This document shows, piece after piece, positions 35,673 through 46,798 of a stretch of DNA of 64,000 nt; positions within the stretch are counted from its first letter, which is position 1, and each line of letters starts with the position of its first letter. Both the position numbers and the translations under genes were made by a program. Below the pieces are notes generated by a model, which did not search any database, was not told where the DNA came from, and was given only the letters and a program-made list of their open reading frames with translations. This stretch comes from an uncultured Alphaproteobacteria bacterium (GTDB lineage: Bacteria; Pseudomonadota; Alphaproteobacteria; HIMB59; GCA-002718135), in contig CACNKX010000001.1 of the NCBI GenBank assembly GCA_902621165.1, positions 213,071 through 277,070 on the forward strand, read 5' to 3'.

Positions 35673-36438
35673 AAATAAAAAAGGTTTAATATTTGGTATT
35701 GCAAATAATCATTCAATTGCATGGGGAATAGCAAAACAACTAGCTGAAAATGGTGCTGAAATAGCCATTGGTTATCAAAATGAAATATTATTGAAGAGGG
35801 TGAAGCCACTTTCTGAAGAAATTAATTCAAAAATATTAATAGAATGTGATTTTAATAATAATGATTCAGTAAAGAAATCTGTAGAAATTATAAAAAAAGA
35901 ATGGGGCACAATTGATTTTATGATTCATGCTGTTGCATTTGCAGATAAGTCAGAGTTAAATGGTAGATATGTTGATACTACGAAGGATAATTTTATTAAT
36001 TGTTTGGAAATATCATGTTTTTCTTTAACTAGTCTTGCAAGAAATTTTGAACCTATAATGAATGATGGAGGAAGTATTCTCACACTTACTTTTTACGGGT
36101 CAAATAAAGTAATACCAAATTACAATTTAATGGGAATTGCAAAAGCCGCTTTAGAAACAAGTGTAAAATACTTGAGCGTGGATTTAGGGACAAAAAATAT
36201 TCGTGTTAATGCAATCTCAGCAGGACCTATGAGAACAATTGCTGGTGCAGCAATAAATAATGCTAGGGAGGTGTTTAAATTTACAGAAGAACATTCAGCA
36301 TTGAAACGAAACGCAAAACTAGATGAAATTGGTAAATCTGCCTTATACTTTGTTAGTGATTTATCTTCTGCAGTTACTGGTGAAGTACATTATGTTGACT
36401 GTGGTTACAATATTATTGGAATGCCCAATAAGTTCTAA
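35665..36438 (+). CDS. fabI: Enoyl-ACP reductase (NADH)
   Basis: 257 aa SDR with [13 protein letters not shown], the Y...MGIAKAALE motif, and VNAISAGP. Confidence 0.93.
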   Translation: MLKNKKGLIFGIANNHSIAWGIAKQLAENGAEIAIGYQNEILLKRVKPLSEEINSKILIECDFNNNDSVKKSVEIIKKEWGTIDFMIHAVAFADKSELNGRYVDTTKDNFINCLEISCFSLTSLARNFEPIMNDGGSILTLTFYGSNKVIPNYNLMGIAKAALETSVKYLSVDLGTKNIRVNAISAGPMRTIAGAAINNAREVFKFTEEHSALKRNAKLDEIGKSALYFVSDLSSAVTGEVHYVDCGYNIIGMPNKF

Positions 36439-37190
36439 AATTTTCCCAATAAATCTAAAGGATTATCAATAAAGATACTGTCAACACCTATGGAGAAAAT
36501 ATCATTAGCGCTAGATAAATTTATATTTTTATCTGAATAAACAGTTATTGCTATATTGGATTCTTTAATTTTTTTTATAATATCAGCAGTAACAAGATCT
36601 ATATTTAATCCACAAATTTTTAAATCATAATTAATAGATATGCTAATCAAATCATCAATATTATATTCTTTAAAATCGTCTAATAGAAAACTACGTATAG
36701 ATTGAGGGTAAAGTTTTGAAATTTCTAAAATAGAAATCATATCAAATGAGGAGAAAAAAATATCTATTTGATTAATATTTTTTACAATTTTATATATTTG
36801 ATAAACATTTTCTTTCTCAAAATTTTTATTGGGTTTTAATTCGATATTTAAATTACCATTATTATTAGTACACAAACTAAGAATATCTTCTAACTTTGGA
36901 ACAAAAATATTTGTATTTTCTTTATAAAAAAATTTTCCCGCATCAAGTTTTTTTATGTTCTCATAATCATAATCAATTGCGAGCCCACTTCCATTAGTAG
37001 TTCTATCAAGAGTGTCATCATGTAATAAAATTGGAACTCTGTCTTTAGAAATCTTAACATCTATTTCTACAAAACTTAAACCTAAGTTGAATGCCTTTAA
37101 GATAGATTCTAAAGTATTTTCTGGACACAGATCTTTTACACCTCTGTGCCCAATTAATTTAGGTAATTTAAGTGTTTTCTTCTGCGTCAA
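36435..37190 (-). CDS. ugpQ: Glycerophosphodiester phosphodiesterase
   Basis: 251 aa with GHRG...PENT and EIDV...[12 protein letters not shown], the GDPD signature. It has a TTG start inside the pnp 3' end, so the start is uncertain. Confidence 0.85.
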   Translation of the reverse strand: MTQKKTLKLPKLIGHRGVKDLCPENTLESILKAFNLGLSFVEIDVKISKDRVPILLHDDTLDRTTNGSGLAIDYDYENIKKLDAGKFFYKENTNIFVPKLEDILSLCTNNNGNLNIELKPNKNFEKENVYQIYKIVKNINQIDIFFSSFDMISILEISKLYPQSIRSFLLDDFKEYNIDDLISISINYDLKICGLNIDLVTADIIKKIKESNIAITVYSDKNINLSSANDIFSIGVDSIFIDNPLDLLGKF

Positions 37191-39261
37191 CTGCTTTCAT
37201 AGAAAGTTTTATTTTTCCTCTTGAGTCGATATCCAATACTTTTACTTTAACGATATCTCCTTCACTAATAACATCTTCAACTTTCTCTACTCTTTCATTT
37301 TTTAATTGACTAATATGAACAAGACCATCTGTAGATCCCATGAAATTAACAAAAGCGCCGAAGTCCATTATCTTTATAACTTTACCATCATAAATTTTAC
37401 CAATCTCTGGCTCTTCGACAATATCTTTGATCCATTCTAATGCATCATTTCCAGATTTTTGATCTACAGCTGCAATACTCACTAAACCTTCATCATTAAT
37501 TTCAATTTTAGCTCCAGTTGTTTCAGATATTTCTCTAATAACTGCTCCTCCTTTACCAATAACTTCTCTAATTTTATCTTTGTTTATTTGTAGATTAGTT
37601 ATTGTTGGCGCATATTGAGAAATCGATTGATTAGGTTTATCAATTGCTTTAGCCATTTCACCAAGTATATGGAAGCGTCCATCTTTAGCTTGCGCTAATG
37701 CTTCTTCCATAATTTCAGCTGTTATACTAGTTATTTTAATATCCATTTGTAATGAAGTTATTCCTTTAGAAGTTCCTGCAACTTTAAAATCCATATCACC
37801 AAGATGATCTTCATCACCAAGTATGTCTGATAATATCACATATTTATCATTCTCTTTAATTAAGCCCATCGCGATACCTGCTACAGGTCTTTCTAAAGGC
37901 ACTCCTGCATCCATTAAAGACATTGAGGTACCACAAACAGTTGCCATAGAGCTAGATCCATTAGATTCTGTAATTTCAGATACTACTCTATAAGTGTAAG
38001 GAAACTTTTCTTTTGAAGGTAACATTGGGTGAATAGCTCTCCAAGCTAATTTTCCATGTCCTATTTCTCTTCTACTGGTAGAACCTATTCTTCCAACTTC
38101 TCCAACAGAGTAAGGTGGAAAATTGTAATGAAGCATAAAATTCTCTGTATATTCACCATCAATTGCATCTATTCTTTGCTCATCTTGTCCAGTTCCCAAA
38201 GTTGAAACTACAAGAGCTTGTGTTTCTCCTCTTGTAAATAATGCAGACCCGTGAGTTCTTTCTAAAACTCCAGTTTCACACACAATTGGACGGACTGTTT
38301 TTGTGTCTCTTCCATCAATTCTATTACCAGTATTGATTAATTCTCCTCTAACTATATCTTTTTCTACATTTTTTGTTGCATCTGAAACTAATACTGGTGA
38401 GAGTGTTTCAGTTACAAATTTTTCAGAAATTTCATTTCGTAACAAAGATAATTTTTCTGATCTTTTTTGTTTTTCAGTTATTTTATAAGCATCTATAAAA
38501 TCTTTACCAAAGTCTTCGTTGATCTTAGATGGTAAATTTTTAATTTCTTCATCTTTTTCTTTAAGTTCCCAAGGTTCTTTTGCTGCTTTTTTTGCTAAGG
38601 AAATTATTGCTTCAATCACTTTTTTATAATTTTCTTGACCAAGAACTACTGCATCTAGCATTTGTTTTTCTGAAAGCTCATGAGCTTCAGACTCGATCAT
38701 TAGTACACCTTCCTTAGTCCCTGCTAATACTAATTCTAGTTTAGAATTTGATAATTGACTCTTACTCGGGTTAACAACAAACTCATCGTCTATAAAACCA
38801 ATCTTAATTGCTCCAAGTGGGCCTAAAAATGGCAAACCAGATAAAGTTAATGCAGCACTTGCTGCTACCATTGCTACAACATCTGAGTCATTTTCTTGAT
38901 CATGTGATAATACAGTACAAGTAACTTGAGTCTCATTTTTAAAATCTTTATGAAATAGAGGTCGAACTGGCCTATCAATTAATCGAGAAACTAATGTTTC
39001 TTTTTCAGTTGGTCTAGCCTCTCTTTTAAAAAAACCACCAGGTATTTTTCCTACAGAATAATATTTTTCTTGATAATTTACTGTTAAGGGGAAAAAATCC
39101 ATATCTGGATTTGCTTCTTTTGCAGCTACCACATTACACATAACGGTTGTTCCGCCATAAGTGGCTATAACTGTTGAGTCAGCTTGTCTCGCTATTTTTC
39201 CTGTTTCTAATTTAAGTTTTCTTCCAGCCCATTCAATTTCTACATTTTTTACATCAAACAT
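37168..39261 (-). CDS. pnp: Polyribonucleotide nucleotidyltransferase (PNPase)
   Basis: 697 aa with two RNase PH domains, [11 protein letters not shown], and KH and S1 domains at the C-terminus. Confidence 0.98.
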   Translation of the reverse strand: MFDVKNVEIEWAGRKLKLETGKIARQADSTVIATYGGTTVMCNVVAAKEANPDMDFFPLTVNYQEKYYSVGKIPGGFFKREARPTEKETLVSRLIDRPVRPLFHKDFKNETQVTCTVLSHDQENDSDVVAMVAASAALTLSGLPFLGPLGAIKIGFIDDEFVVNPSKSQLSNSKLELVLAGTKEGVLMIESEAHELSEKQMLDAVVLGQENYKKVIEAIISLAKKAAKEPWELKEKDEEIKNLPSKINEDFGKDFIDAYKITEKQKRSEKLSLLRNEISEKFVTETLSPVLVSDATKNVEKDIVRGELINTGNRIDGRDTKTVRPIVCETGVLERTHGSALFTRGETQALVVSTLGTGQDEQRIDAIDGEYTENFMLHYNFPPYSVGEVGRIGSTSRREIGHGKLAWRAIHPMLPSKEKFPYTYRVVSEITESNGSSSMATVCGTSMSLMDAGVPLERPVAGIAMGLIKENDKYVILSDILGDEDHLGDMDFKVAGTSKGITSLQMDIKITSITAEIMEEALAQAKDGRFHILGEMAKAIDKPNQSISQYAPTITNLQINKDKIREVIGKGGAVIREISETTGAKIEINDEGLVSIAAVDQKSGNDALEWIKDIVEEPEIGKIYDGKVIKIMDFGAFVNFMGSTDGLVHISQLKNERVEKVEDVISEGDIVKVKVLDIDSRGKIKLSMKAVDAEENT

Positions 39262-39282
39262 AATTTTTATTTATCCTCTTTT

Positions 39283-39552
39283 TTAACCTCTAATATTTAA
39301 TTTTTTTATTAAATCTGAATATTCAGATTTATTTTTTCTAAATAAGTAATTTAATAATTTTTTTCTTTTATTTACTAGCGATACTAATCCTCTTTTTGAA
39401 TGATTATCTTTTTTATGAGTTTTAAAATGTTCAGTTAAATTTTTAATTCTTTCTGTTAAAACTGCTATCTGAACACTTGTTGATCCAGTATCTTTATCAC
39501 TTTTAGCAAATTCATTAATAAGATTTTTTTTATTTTCTTTAGTTATCGACAT
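39283..39552 (-). CDS. rpsO: 30S ribosomal protein S15
   Basis: 89 aa with [29 protein letters not shown]. Confidence 0.96.
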   Translation of the reverse strand: MSITKENKKNLINEFAKSDKDTGSTSVQIAVLTERIKNLTEHFKTHKKDNHSKRGLVSLVNKRKKLLNYLFRKNKSEYSDLIKKLNIRG

Positions 39553-39560
39553 CGATTCTC

Positions 39561-40466
39561 CTATATTAATATTTTATTTGGTTTAAACAAATTACCATCT
39601 AATTTGCCTATTGAGACTACGTCTCCTTTCTTAAATAAAAAAATATTTTTTTTATTTAAGTTAGCTGATGAAAAATTTATAATTTTTTTTTCATCAATTT
39701 TAATCGATCTCCCAAAAAATAAATTTTCTATATCTCTTTGTTCTTCAATTTCATAAGCCGAGATGTCGTCCAGCATTGAAATTGTTGGGGAAATACAATT
39801 AATTTCTTTGTGCCTTTGTCCTATTTTAAGTAGATCGTCCAGTAAAATCGATGTTTTTTCAGTAAATTTACCAACTTTTGACCTTTTTAATGATGAAATA
39901 TGACCATATGTTTTAAGGTCTAAAGCAAAATCACGAGCAAAACTTCTTACATAAAAGCCTTTGCCACATATAATTTTAAATGATGTTTTATTTGTAGTAT
40001 GATTAGTAATAATCAAATTTTCAATAAAAACTTTTTTTGGTTTAATTTCAAATATTTCATTATTTCTAAATAATTCATAAGCTCTTCTTCCATTGATTTT
40101 AACTGCTGAAACTTTAGGTGGTATTTGATCAATATAACCTAGATAATTATTAATTTTTTTTTCAATTTCTTTTTTTTTAGGAAAATAATTTGATGTAAAT
40201 AAAATTTTACCTTCAGCATCATCTGTTGTTGTTTGGCTTCCCCATGTAATTGTAAACTCATATTCTTTATTAATAATGCTAATGTATGGGATTAGTTTTG
40301 TAGCTTTTCCTACAGCGATAGGTAACACACCTTCTGCCATAGGATCTAAGGTGCCAGCGTGACCAATTTTATCAATTGAAAATTTTTTTTTTATAGAATT
40401 AATTGCTTTGAAGGATGTAATATTTTTAGGTTTATATAAATTTATCCAACCTTGTTTTGAAATCAT
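39561..40466 (-). CDS. truB: tRNA pseudouridine-55 synthase
   Basis: 301 aa with the [12 protein letters not shown] catalytic motif. Confidence 0.93.
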   Translation of the reverse strand: MISKQGWINLYKPKNITSFKAINSIKKKFSIDKIGHAGTLDPMAEGVLPIAVGKATKLIPYISIINKEYEFTITWGSQTTTDDAEGKILFTSNYFPKKKEIEKKINNYLGYIDQIPPKVSAVKINGRRAYELFRNNEIFEIKPKKVFIENLIITNHTTNKTSFKIICGKGFYVRSFARDFALDLKTYGHISSLKRSKVGKFTEKTSILLDDLLKIGQRHKEINCISPTISMLDDISAYEIEEQRDIENLFFGRSIKIDEKKIINFSSANLNKKNIFLFKKGDVVSIGKLDGNLFKPNKILI

Positions 40467-40831
40467 TACTTAATATCTCTAAGAACATTTTTATTTAACA
40501 ATAAATTTTCAATCTTTTCTGCCTCATCGAAGGTATCATCTAAATAAAAATATAACTTTGGAGTAAATTTTGAATTAATTTTTGCTTTTGATAAAAATTT
40601 TTGAAAAATATATTTTCTATCTTTTAAAACTTCCAAAATCTGTATTTTGTCCTTACCGCCAAGAGGCATAAAATAAACATTAGCTATTTTTAAATCCTTG
40701 GTCATTCTAACAAATGATATTGTAATTGATGAGGAGTTGATATTATCGTCAAAAAAATCTTCTTTTAGTAAACAATCACTTAATAATGATCTTATAAGTT
40801 CACCAAATCTAATTTGCCTCTGAGTATCCAT
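40466..40831 (-). CDS. rbfA: Ribosome-binding factor A
   Basis: 121 aa, located between infB and truB, with an RbfA-like N-terminus (QRQIRFGELIR). Confidence 0.85.
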   Translation of the reverse strand: MDTQRQIRFGELIRSLLSDCLLKEDFFDDNINSSSITISFVRMTKDLKIANVYFMPLGGKDKIQILEVLKDRKYIFQKFLSKAKINSKFTPKLYFYLDDTFDEAEKIENLLLNKNVLRDIK

Positions 40832-40843
40832 TGTTAAAAAACA

Positions 40844-43084
40844 TTATAACTTTCTACTAGTAGAAATCTCTTCAAATGTTTCTATAATATCACCTACTTT
40901 AATATCACTGTAATTATCTAGCATTACACCACACTCAAATCCTGACTTAACTTCTGATACCTCTTCTTTGAATCTTTTCAGACTACTAATTTGTCCTTTA
41001 TGAATCACAATATTATCTCTTAAAATTCTAATCTGAGATTTTCTAGAAATAAGACCATCTTTAACCATACAACCTGCAATATTGCCAACTTTAGATATAT
41101 TGAATACCTCTCTAATTTCTACATTACCTGTAATGTTTTCAGAGATATCAGGTTTTAATAAACCGGTTAATAGATTTTTTACATCATCAATAAGTTCATA
41201 AATAATTGAATAGTATTTTATATCTACACCATCTCTTTTTGCTATATCTCTTGCGTGAGGCAATGCTCTTACATTAAATCCAACTATAAAACCTTTTCCT
41301 GAGCCAGCTAGAGTGACATCACTCTCAGTAATAGCACCTACTCCTTTATAAATAACATTTACTTTAACTTCATCAGTAGAGAGTTTGATTATTGAATTTT
41401 CAATTGCTTCTGCAGAACCTTGAACATCAGTTTTAATTACTACTGGTAGACTTGTTGCTTCACCTTTATTAATTTGAGCAAACATTTCTTCAACATTAGA
41501 TTTTGCTACTGTATTTTTTTGAATTTGTATTTTACTAGATCTAAATTCAGCAACTTTACGAGCAATACTTTCATTTTCAACTACGATAAAATCATCACCT
41601 GCAAGTGGATTAGAATCAAATCCTAGAACCTCAACAGGTACTGATGGTTCTGCTTGCTTTATGTTTTTACCTTTATCATCAATTAGAGCTTTGACTTTCC
41701 CCCACTCAGCACCAGATACAAAAATATCACTAACTTTTAATGTTCCTTTTTGGACTAATACTGTAGCAACTGAACCACGACCTTTTTCTAGTTTTGATTC
41801 AATCACTGATCCTCGAGCTTTTCTGTCAGGATTGGCTTTAAGATTAAGAAGATCTGCTTGTAAATGAATTGCTTCCTCTAATTTATCTAAATTTATTCTT
41901 TTAGTTGCAGATACTTCGATATCTAAAACTTCACCACTTAATTTTTCAACAATTACTTCATGATTAAGTAATTCGTTTCTGACTTTATCTGGATCAGCAC
42001 CTGGTAGATCAATTTTATTAATAGCAACTATTATTGGAACTTCAGCGGATTTCGCATGAGCAATTGATTCAATAGTCTGAGGCTTAATACCGTCATCAGC
42101 TGCAACAACGAGTATAATTATATCAGTGGTTTTAGATCCTCTAGCTCTCATATTTGAAAAAGCTGCATGACCTGGCGTATCAATAAATGTAATTTTTTTG
42201 TTGTTATTATTAATTTGATAAGCACCAATATGCTGTGTGATACCACCAGCTTCACCAGATACTACATTACTCTCTCTAAAAGCATCAAGTAAAGAAGTTT
42301 TCCCGTGATCAACATGACCCATAATTGTTACTACAGGAGCTCTTTTTATAAGAGTATCCTCTTGATCTTCAAAATCTTCGATATCATTTAAAACATCATC
42401 ATCTTTAATTACAGTAACTTTATGACCTAGTTCTTCAGCAACTAATTGAGCTGTATCAGACTCTAAAGATTGTGTAGCATTTGCCATAACTCCCATTTTC
42501 ATAAGAACCTTAACTACATCAGCAGTTTTTTCTGCCATTCTATTAGCTAAATCTTGAACAGTAATAAAATCAGGAATAGAAATTTCTCTAGAGATTTTGC
42601 TCTCATCTTCATCATTTACTGACTTAAGTCTTTCTTTTTCTCTAGCTCTTTTTAATTTAGCTAAACTTGGAAATTTATCAAATTCTTGTTCTTCTTGTTC
42701 TAATATTTTTTTTGCATCTGATTTACTAAAATCATCTTCAAGTGGTCTTAATGTTGATTTTTTTTGTTGGGTTTTTTTATCTATGTTTTTCTTATTTTTA
42801 CTTTCAAAATTTCTAGTCTTACTAGGAGAGGAAAAATTTGGTTGTAGTGAAGAGTTTATACCTGGTCTAGGTGTTCTTAAACTAGATGACCCTCTAAAAT
42901 TAGATTGAGTTGTTGATGAACTTTTTTGTTGGTTGTTTTTATTTTTAAATACAATTTGAATTGTTTTCTTATTACCACTACTTCTTGCTTTATCACCTGC
43001 TGGGCCTAGATTTTTTCTTATTTGTAATCTTCCTGATGAAGATAATTTTAGTGGCTTTTTCTTATTACCTTTATCTTTATCCAA
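40844..43084 (-). CDS. infB: Translation initiation factor IF-2
   Basis: 746 aa with a low-complexity basic N-terminus and the G-domain GHVDHGKTSLLD, DTPGH, NKID. Confidence 0.98.
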   Translation of the reverse strand: MDKDKGNKKKPLKLSSSGRLQIRKNLGPAGDKARSSGNKKTIQIVFKNKNNQQKSSSTTQSNFRGSSSLRTPRPGINSSLQPNFSSPSKTRNFESKNKKNIDKKTQQKKSTLRPLEDDFSKSDAKKILEQEEQEFDKFPSLAKLKRAREKERLKSVNDEDESKISREISIPDFITVQDLANRMAEKTADVVKVLMKMGVMANATQSLESDTAQLVAEELGHKVTVIKDDDVLNDIEDFEDQEDTLIKRAPVVTIMGHVDHGKTSLLDAFRESNVVSGEAGGITQHIGAYQINNNNKKITFIDTPGHAAFSNMRARGSKTTDIIILVVAADDGIKPQTIESIAHAKSAEVPIIVAINKIDLPGADPDKVRNELLNHEVIVEKLSGEVLDIEVSATKRINLDKLEEAIHLQADLLNLKANPDRKARGSVIESKLEKGRGSVATVLVQKGTLKVSDIFVSGAEWGKVKALIDDKGKNIKQAEPSVPVEVLGFDSNPLAGDDFIVVENESIARKVAEFRSSKIQIQKNTVAKSNVEEMFAQINKGEATSLPVVIKTDVQGSAEAIENSIIKLSTDEVKVNVIYKGVGAITESDVTLAGSGKGFIVGFNVRALPHARDIAKRDGVDIKYYSIIYELIDDVKNLLTGLLKPDISENITGNVEIREVFNISKVGNIAGCMVKDGLISRKSQIRILRDNIVIHKGQISSLKRFKEEVSEVKSGFECGVMLDNYSDIKVGDIIETFEEISTSRKL

Positions 43085-43086
43085 TT

Positions 43087-44625
43087 TTAATCCTTGTTTT
43101 GTTCTTCAGACCAGAAACTTCTTGCTTCCATTATCATACTATTAGCTATGTCCTCATCTAAATCTAGCTCCTTTAAAATGCCCTCTTCCTTGTCTATAAG
43201 TTCAAATGTTGCTAAATCGGCAAAATCATTAATATTGAGAATATTTGATTTTGCAAGTTTTGCCAAAATACTATTGTTCATACCCTTTAAATTTATTAAT
43301 TTTTCATCATTAATATTTTCTTCTATAAGTTTTTTTTCAGATTCTTCTTTATCTTGCACAAAGCTTTTAGATCTATCAATTATTTCTTGAGCCAAAGAAG
43401 AGTCAAAACCTTCTATTTTTTCTAAATTTTCTAAAGACTCAGATGCTATTGATTCAACAGTTGTATATCCATCAGTAACAAGTAACTGTGCAATAACATC
43501 TTCAACATCTAGAGTCTCGGCTAATAATAAACTTTTATCTTTAAACTCTTGTTGTCTTCTTTCTGATTCTTCATCCTCAGTTAATATGTCTATTTCTAAG
43601 CTAGTTAAATTAGAAGCTAGTTTTACATTTTGACCTTTTCTTCCAATTGCCAGACTTAATTGATCATCAGGTATTACTACCTCAACTTTATTTTTTTCTT
43701 CATACAAGAAAATCTTACTGACTTCAGCAGGAGCTAGTGCATTTGCTAAGAATGTGGCTTGGTTATCGGACCAAGTAACAATATCTATTTTTTCTCCTTG
43801 CAATTCATTTACAACAGCTTGCACTCTTGATCCTCTCATTCCAACACATGCACCAACTGGATCTATAGTAGAGTCTTCAGTAAATACGCTAATTTTTGCT
43901 CTTGATCCTGGGTCTCTTGCGACACTCTTAACGACAATAATACCTTCAAATATTTCTGGAACTTCTTGGAAAAACAGTTTTGATAAAAATTGAGGATGCG
44001 TTCTTGATAAGAAAACTTGATATCCTTTAACATCATTTTTTACTTCATAAATGTAAGCCCTGACTCTGTCACCATTCTTAAATGTTTCTCTTGGAATAAG
44101 CTCTTCTCTTTTAATAATCGCTTCGCTTTTACCCAAGTCTATAATTAGATTTCCAAATTCTGTTCTTTTAACAATACCAACTGCTATTTCACCAACCTTA
44201 TCTTTATATTCTTCATATTGGTTTGATTTATCGGCCTCTCTTACTTTTTGTATTATTACCCCTTTTGCATTTTGTGCTGCAACTCTTCCTAATTCAATAG
44301 GTGGAAGTTCTTTAGTAATGAATTCTCCTAAACTAATATCTGGATTAGTTTTTTTTGCATCTTCTAAAAGAATTTGTCTAGATTGAAATTCTTCTTCAAT
44401 ATTTTCAACAACTTCCAAAAAAGAATTGAGTTTAATATCCCCTGTGCTTCTATCAATAGATATTCTTATATCAATCTCTTGACCATATTTTACTCTTGCG
44501 GCTTTTTCTAATGCTTGTTCCATTGCGGAAAAAACAGAATCTTGATCAATATTCTTTTCTTGCGCTACATTCGATGCAACTTGAAGCATCTCTTCTCTAA
44601 TTACATTATATTTTTTTTTAGCCAT
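43087..44625 (-). CDS. nusA: Transcription termination/antitermination factor NusA
   Basis: 512 aa with an N-terminal domain, S1, two KH domains (PVGACVGMRGSRVQ, AIGRKGQNVKLA) and C-terminal acidic HhH repeats. Confidence 0.97.
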   Translation of the reverse strand: MAKKKYNVIREEMLQVASNVAQEKNIDQDSVFSAMEQALEKAARVKYGQEIDIRISIDRSTGDIKLNSFLEVVENIEEEFQSRQILLEDAKKTNPDISLGEFITKELPPIELGRVAAQNAKGVIIQKVREADKSNQYEEYKDKVGEIAVGIVKRTEFGNLIIDLGKSEAIIKREELIPRETFKNGDRVRAYIYEVKNDVKGYQVFLSRTHPQFLSKLFFQEVPEIFEGIIVVKSVARDPGSRAKISVFTEDSTIDPVGACVGMRGSRVQAVVNELQGEKIDIVTWSDNQATFLANALAPAEVSKIFLYEEKNKVEVVIPDDQLSLAIGRKGQNVKLASNLTSLEIDILTEDEESERRQQEFKDKSLLLAETLDVEDVIAQLLVTDGYTTVESIASESLENLEKIEGFDSSLAQEIIDRSKSFVQDKEESEKKLIEENINDEKLINLKGMNNSILAKLAKSNILNINDFADLATFELIDKEEGILKELDLDEDIANSMIMEARSFWSEEQNKD

Positions 44626-44630
44626 AGTTA

Positions 44631-44657
44631 TAAAAAAAAGGTGGGATAACCCACCTT
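44631..44657 (-). terminator. Rho-independent terminator (8-bp GC-rich stem, 4-nt loop, U-run) ending 6 nt before the nusA ATG
   Basis: Minus-strand RNA reads AAGGUGGG-UUAU-CCCACCUU followed by UUUUUU. The plus-strand arms are at 44638-44645 and 44650-44657, and the A-run is at 44632-44639. Confidence 0.8.
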
Positions 44658-44697
44658 AATAATATTGCGTATATTAATATTTTGCAGAATTTCAAGT

Positions 44698-45354
44698 CTA
44701 TAATTTTCTCAAAATGAATAAAGATGGTTTTCTTTGAGAATTGATTGCTTTTTTATAATATTTTGTCTCAATATCGAAATAATCTTTTATATGTAGATTC
44801 ATTTCAGATTGGTTCAGCCAGGCAAAATAGTCCTTACAATTATAAATTGAGTTTAAAATAAATCTTACATATATTGTTGAATCTGTAGCAATATATATCT
44901 CACTGCTCTCTTTTAATGTATTATGAAGTTTTATTAAAAAATTACTAGTTATCAACCTGCGCTTTGCGTGTCTATTTTTTGGCCATGGATCAGGAAAAAA
45001 TATCCACACAAGGTCAAAACATTCTCTTTCTATAGAATCTAAAACATCACATACATTTCCATTATGCAATCGAATATTTTTTATTTTATTCTTTTCAATA
45101 TTTTTAAGTAAAATTATATTTCCATCAATATATTTTTCACAAGATATAACAACTTTATCTAAAAATCTATTTGCGAGAAATATACTAGTTTCACCATAAC
45201 CAGTACCAATATCTAAAATATAATTTTTTTTTTTATCACAATTTTTAAACTGATATTTGGCAACTGTTTCATGATATTTTTTTAAATCAATTTTTTTCTT
45301 GCTTCTTCCTCTTGTCCTTCCAAATAAACGATTACTATAATTGTTACTAAGCAT
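44698..45354 (-). CDS. trmB: tRNA (guanine46-N7)-methyltransferase
   Basis: 218 aa with DIGTGYGE (SAM motif) and FFPDPWPK..H.KRRL. Confidence 0.92.
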   Translation of the reverse strand: MLSNNYSNRLFGRTRGRSKKKIDLKKYHETVAKYQFKNCDKKKNYILDIGTGYGETSIFLANRFLDKVVISCEKYIDGNIILLKNIEKNKIKNIRLHNGNVCDVLDSIERECFDLVWIFFPDPWPKNRHAKRRLITSNFLIKLHNTLKESSEIYIATDSTIYVRFILNSIYNCKDYFAWLNQSEMNLHIKDYFDIETKYYKKAINSQRKPSLFILRKL

Positions 45355-46798
45355 TTTTTCTTAAATAATAGAAAATACTAAATGTGAAAATAATAAATAA
45401 ATATATTTTAAATATTAAATGAAAATTAACAAAATTATTATTTTCATTAAATAACAATTTGTGTTTAAAATTTTCAGTTTTATTAAATTGGGTTTTAATT
45501 AGCACAGCGCCATTGTTGTCTATAACTGCAGATATTCCATTATTTGAAACACGAATAATTGGCTTATTAAACTCTGCAGCTCTGATTTTGGTGAGATAGA
45601 AATGTTGATAAGGACCTAAATAATCACCAAACCAAAAATCATTCGTGATATTTACAATAAAATTACTTTTGTTATTTAATTTATTTAAAAGCTTCCAATA
45701 AAATACAATTTCATAACAAATGACAGGAATAAAACTTATATTGTTGGATAAATTAATTTTTCTTTCAATTTTTCCTCTTGAATAATCATTTTGACCAACA
45801 ATAGTTTCTAAAAAGGTTAGTGAATCTCTCAAGGGTAGAAACTCTCCAAAAGGAACAAGAATTTTTTTATCAAAGTAAGTTACATTTAAAGAATTAATAT
45901 TTATTAAACTATTATAGTAATTATTATCTTCAAATCTTGTAGCCCCAATAATTAAAGTTTGATTTTCTTTTAGAGATTCCTTTATAATTTTTAGTTCAAG
46001 ATCATCTAAAAGATAAGGAAAGTTATTTTCACCGAAGATAAGTAAATCAGCAGTACTTTCATCTATATGTTTAATTATTCTTTGAAGTTTTTTTTCAGGT
46101 GTCAAAGATTGGTCATTATTTTTAAAATTTAATTGGAAAATTTCTATGTTAATTGTTTTAATTTTAAAATTATTTTTTTCTATGTTAAAATTCGTGGTTA
46201 ATAAACTAAGGATTGGAAGTGCAATAAATAGTGACAGATATCTCAATTCTTTTTTAGAGCTTTCTTTAGTTAAAAAAATAAAGGGAATGCATAATATCTG
46301 AATAATTAAGTAACTTGAAAATAATGTTCCAAATGATTTTAGTGAGAATAATAAATACTCATTACTAGAGAGTAATAATGAAAATGTAAACCAAGGAAAT
46401 CCATAAAAAAATATGGATATTATATATTCACTAGATGTGAACATAAATGGAATAAGAAAAATTATTGGAATTTTTTTTCCTAATTTAAAAATTATTGTAA
46501 AGATTAAACCAAAAATTATAGATAATAATATTATTAGTAATAAAAAAACGAGGAAAAAATTTTTAGTTTCTTCAAAAACAAAAAAAGGGTTCTTGATCCA
46601 AAATAAATAACTAATAAAAAAACCAAATCCAAATATTGAAAATTTTTTAAAAATATCTTTATCACTAGAATTTTCTTTATTTGAATCTAATATAAAACAA
46701 AGATATGGAAATATAATGAAACCTAGTGGTAAAAAAAAATATGGAGGGAATAAAAGTGAGGTTAAAAGTCCTAAAATTAAATAAATTAAAATACTCAA
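45347..46798 (-). CDS. lnt: Apolipoprotein N-acyltransferase
   Basis: 483 aa with a polytopic N-terminus and a C-terminal CN-hydrolase domain (ICYE, NDFWFG). It sits in the conserved corC-lnt order. Confidence 0.88.
   Translation of the reverse strand: MSILIYLILGLLTSLLFPPYFFLPLGFIIFPYLCFILDSNKENSSDKDIFKKFSIFGFGFFISYLFWIKNPFFVFEETKNFFLVFLLLIILLSIIFGLIFTIIFKLGKKIPIIFLIPFMFTSSEYIISIFFYGFPWFTFSLLLSSNEYLLFSLKSFGTLFSSYLIIQILCIPFIFLTKESSKKELRYLSLFIALPILSLLTTNFNIEKNNFKIKTINIEIFQLNFKNNDQSLTPEKKLQRIIKHIDESTADLLIFGENNFPYLLDDLELKIIKESLKENQTLIIGATRFEDNNYYNSLININSLNVTYFDKKILVPFGEFLPLRDSLTFLETIVGQNDYSRGKIERKINLSNNISFIPVICYEIVFYWKLLNKLNNKSNFIVNITNDFWFGDYLGPYQHFYLTKIRAAEFNKPIIRVSNNGISAVIDNNGAVLIKTQFNKTENFKHKLLFNENNNFVNFHLIFKIYLFIIFTFSIFYYLRKNA

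Noticed and set aside
45000-45008. Scattered 8/9 matches to the DnaA box. These are ATATCCACA at 45000 in trmB, TTATCCACC at 62682 in phoR, TGATCCACA at about 63750 in the SET gene, TGTGGATAC at 18061 in grx, and TGGATAA across the dnaA start codon.
   Set aside because: They are isolated, intragenic and unclustered, which is the frequency expected by chance in 64 kb. They are not evidence for oriC.
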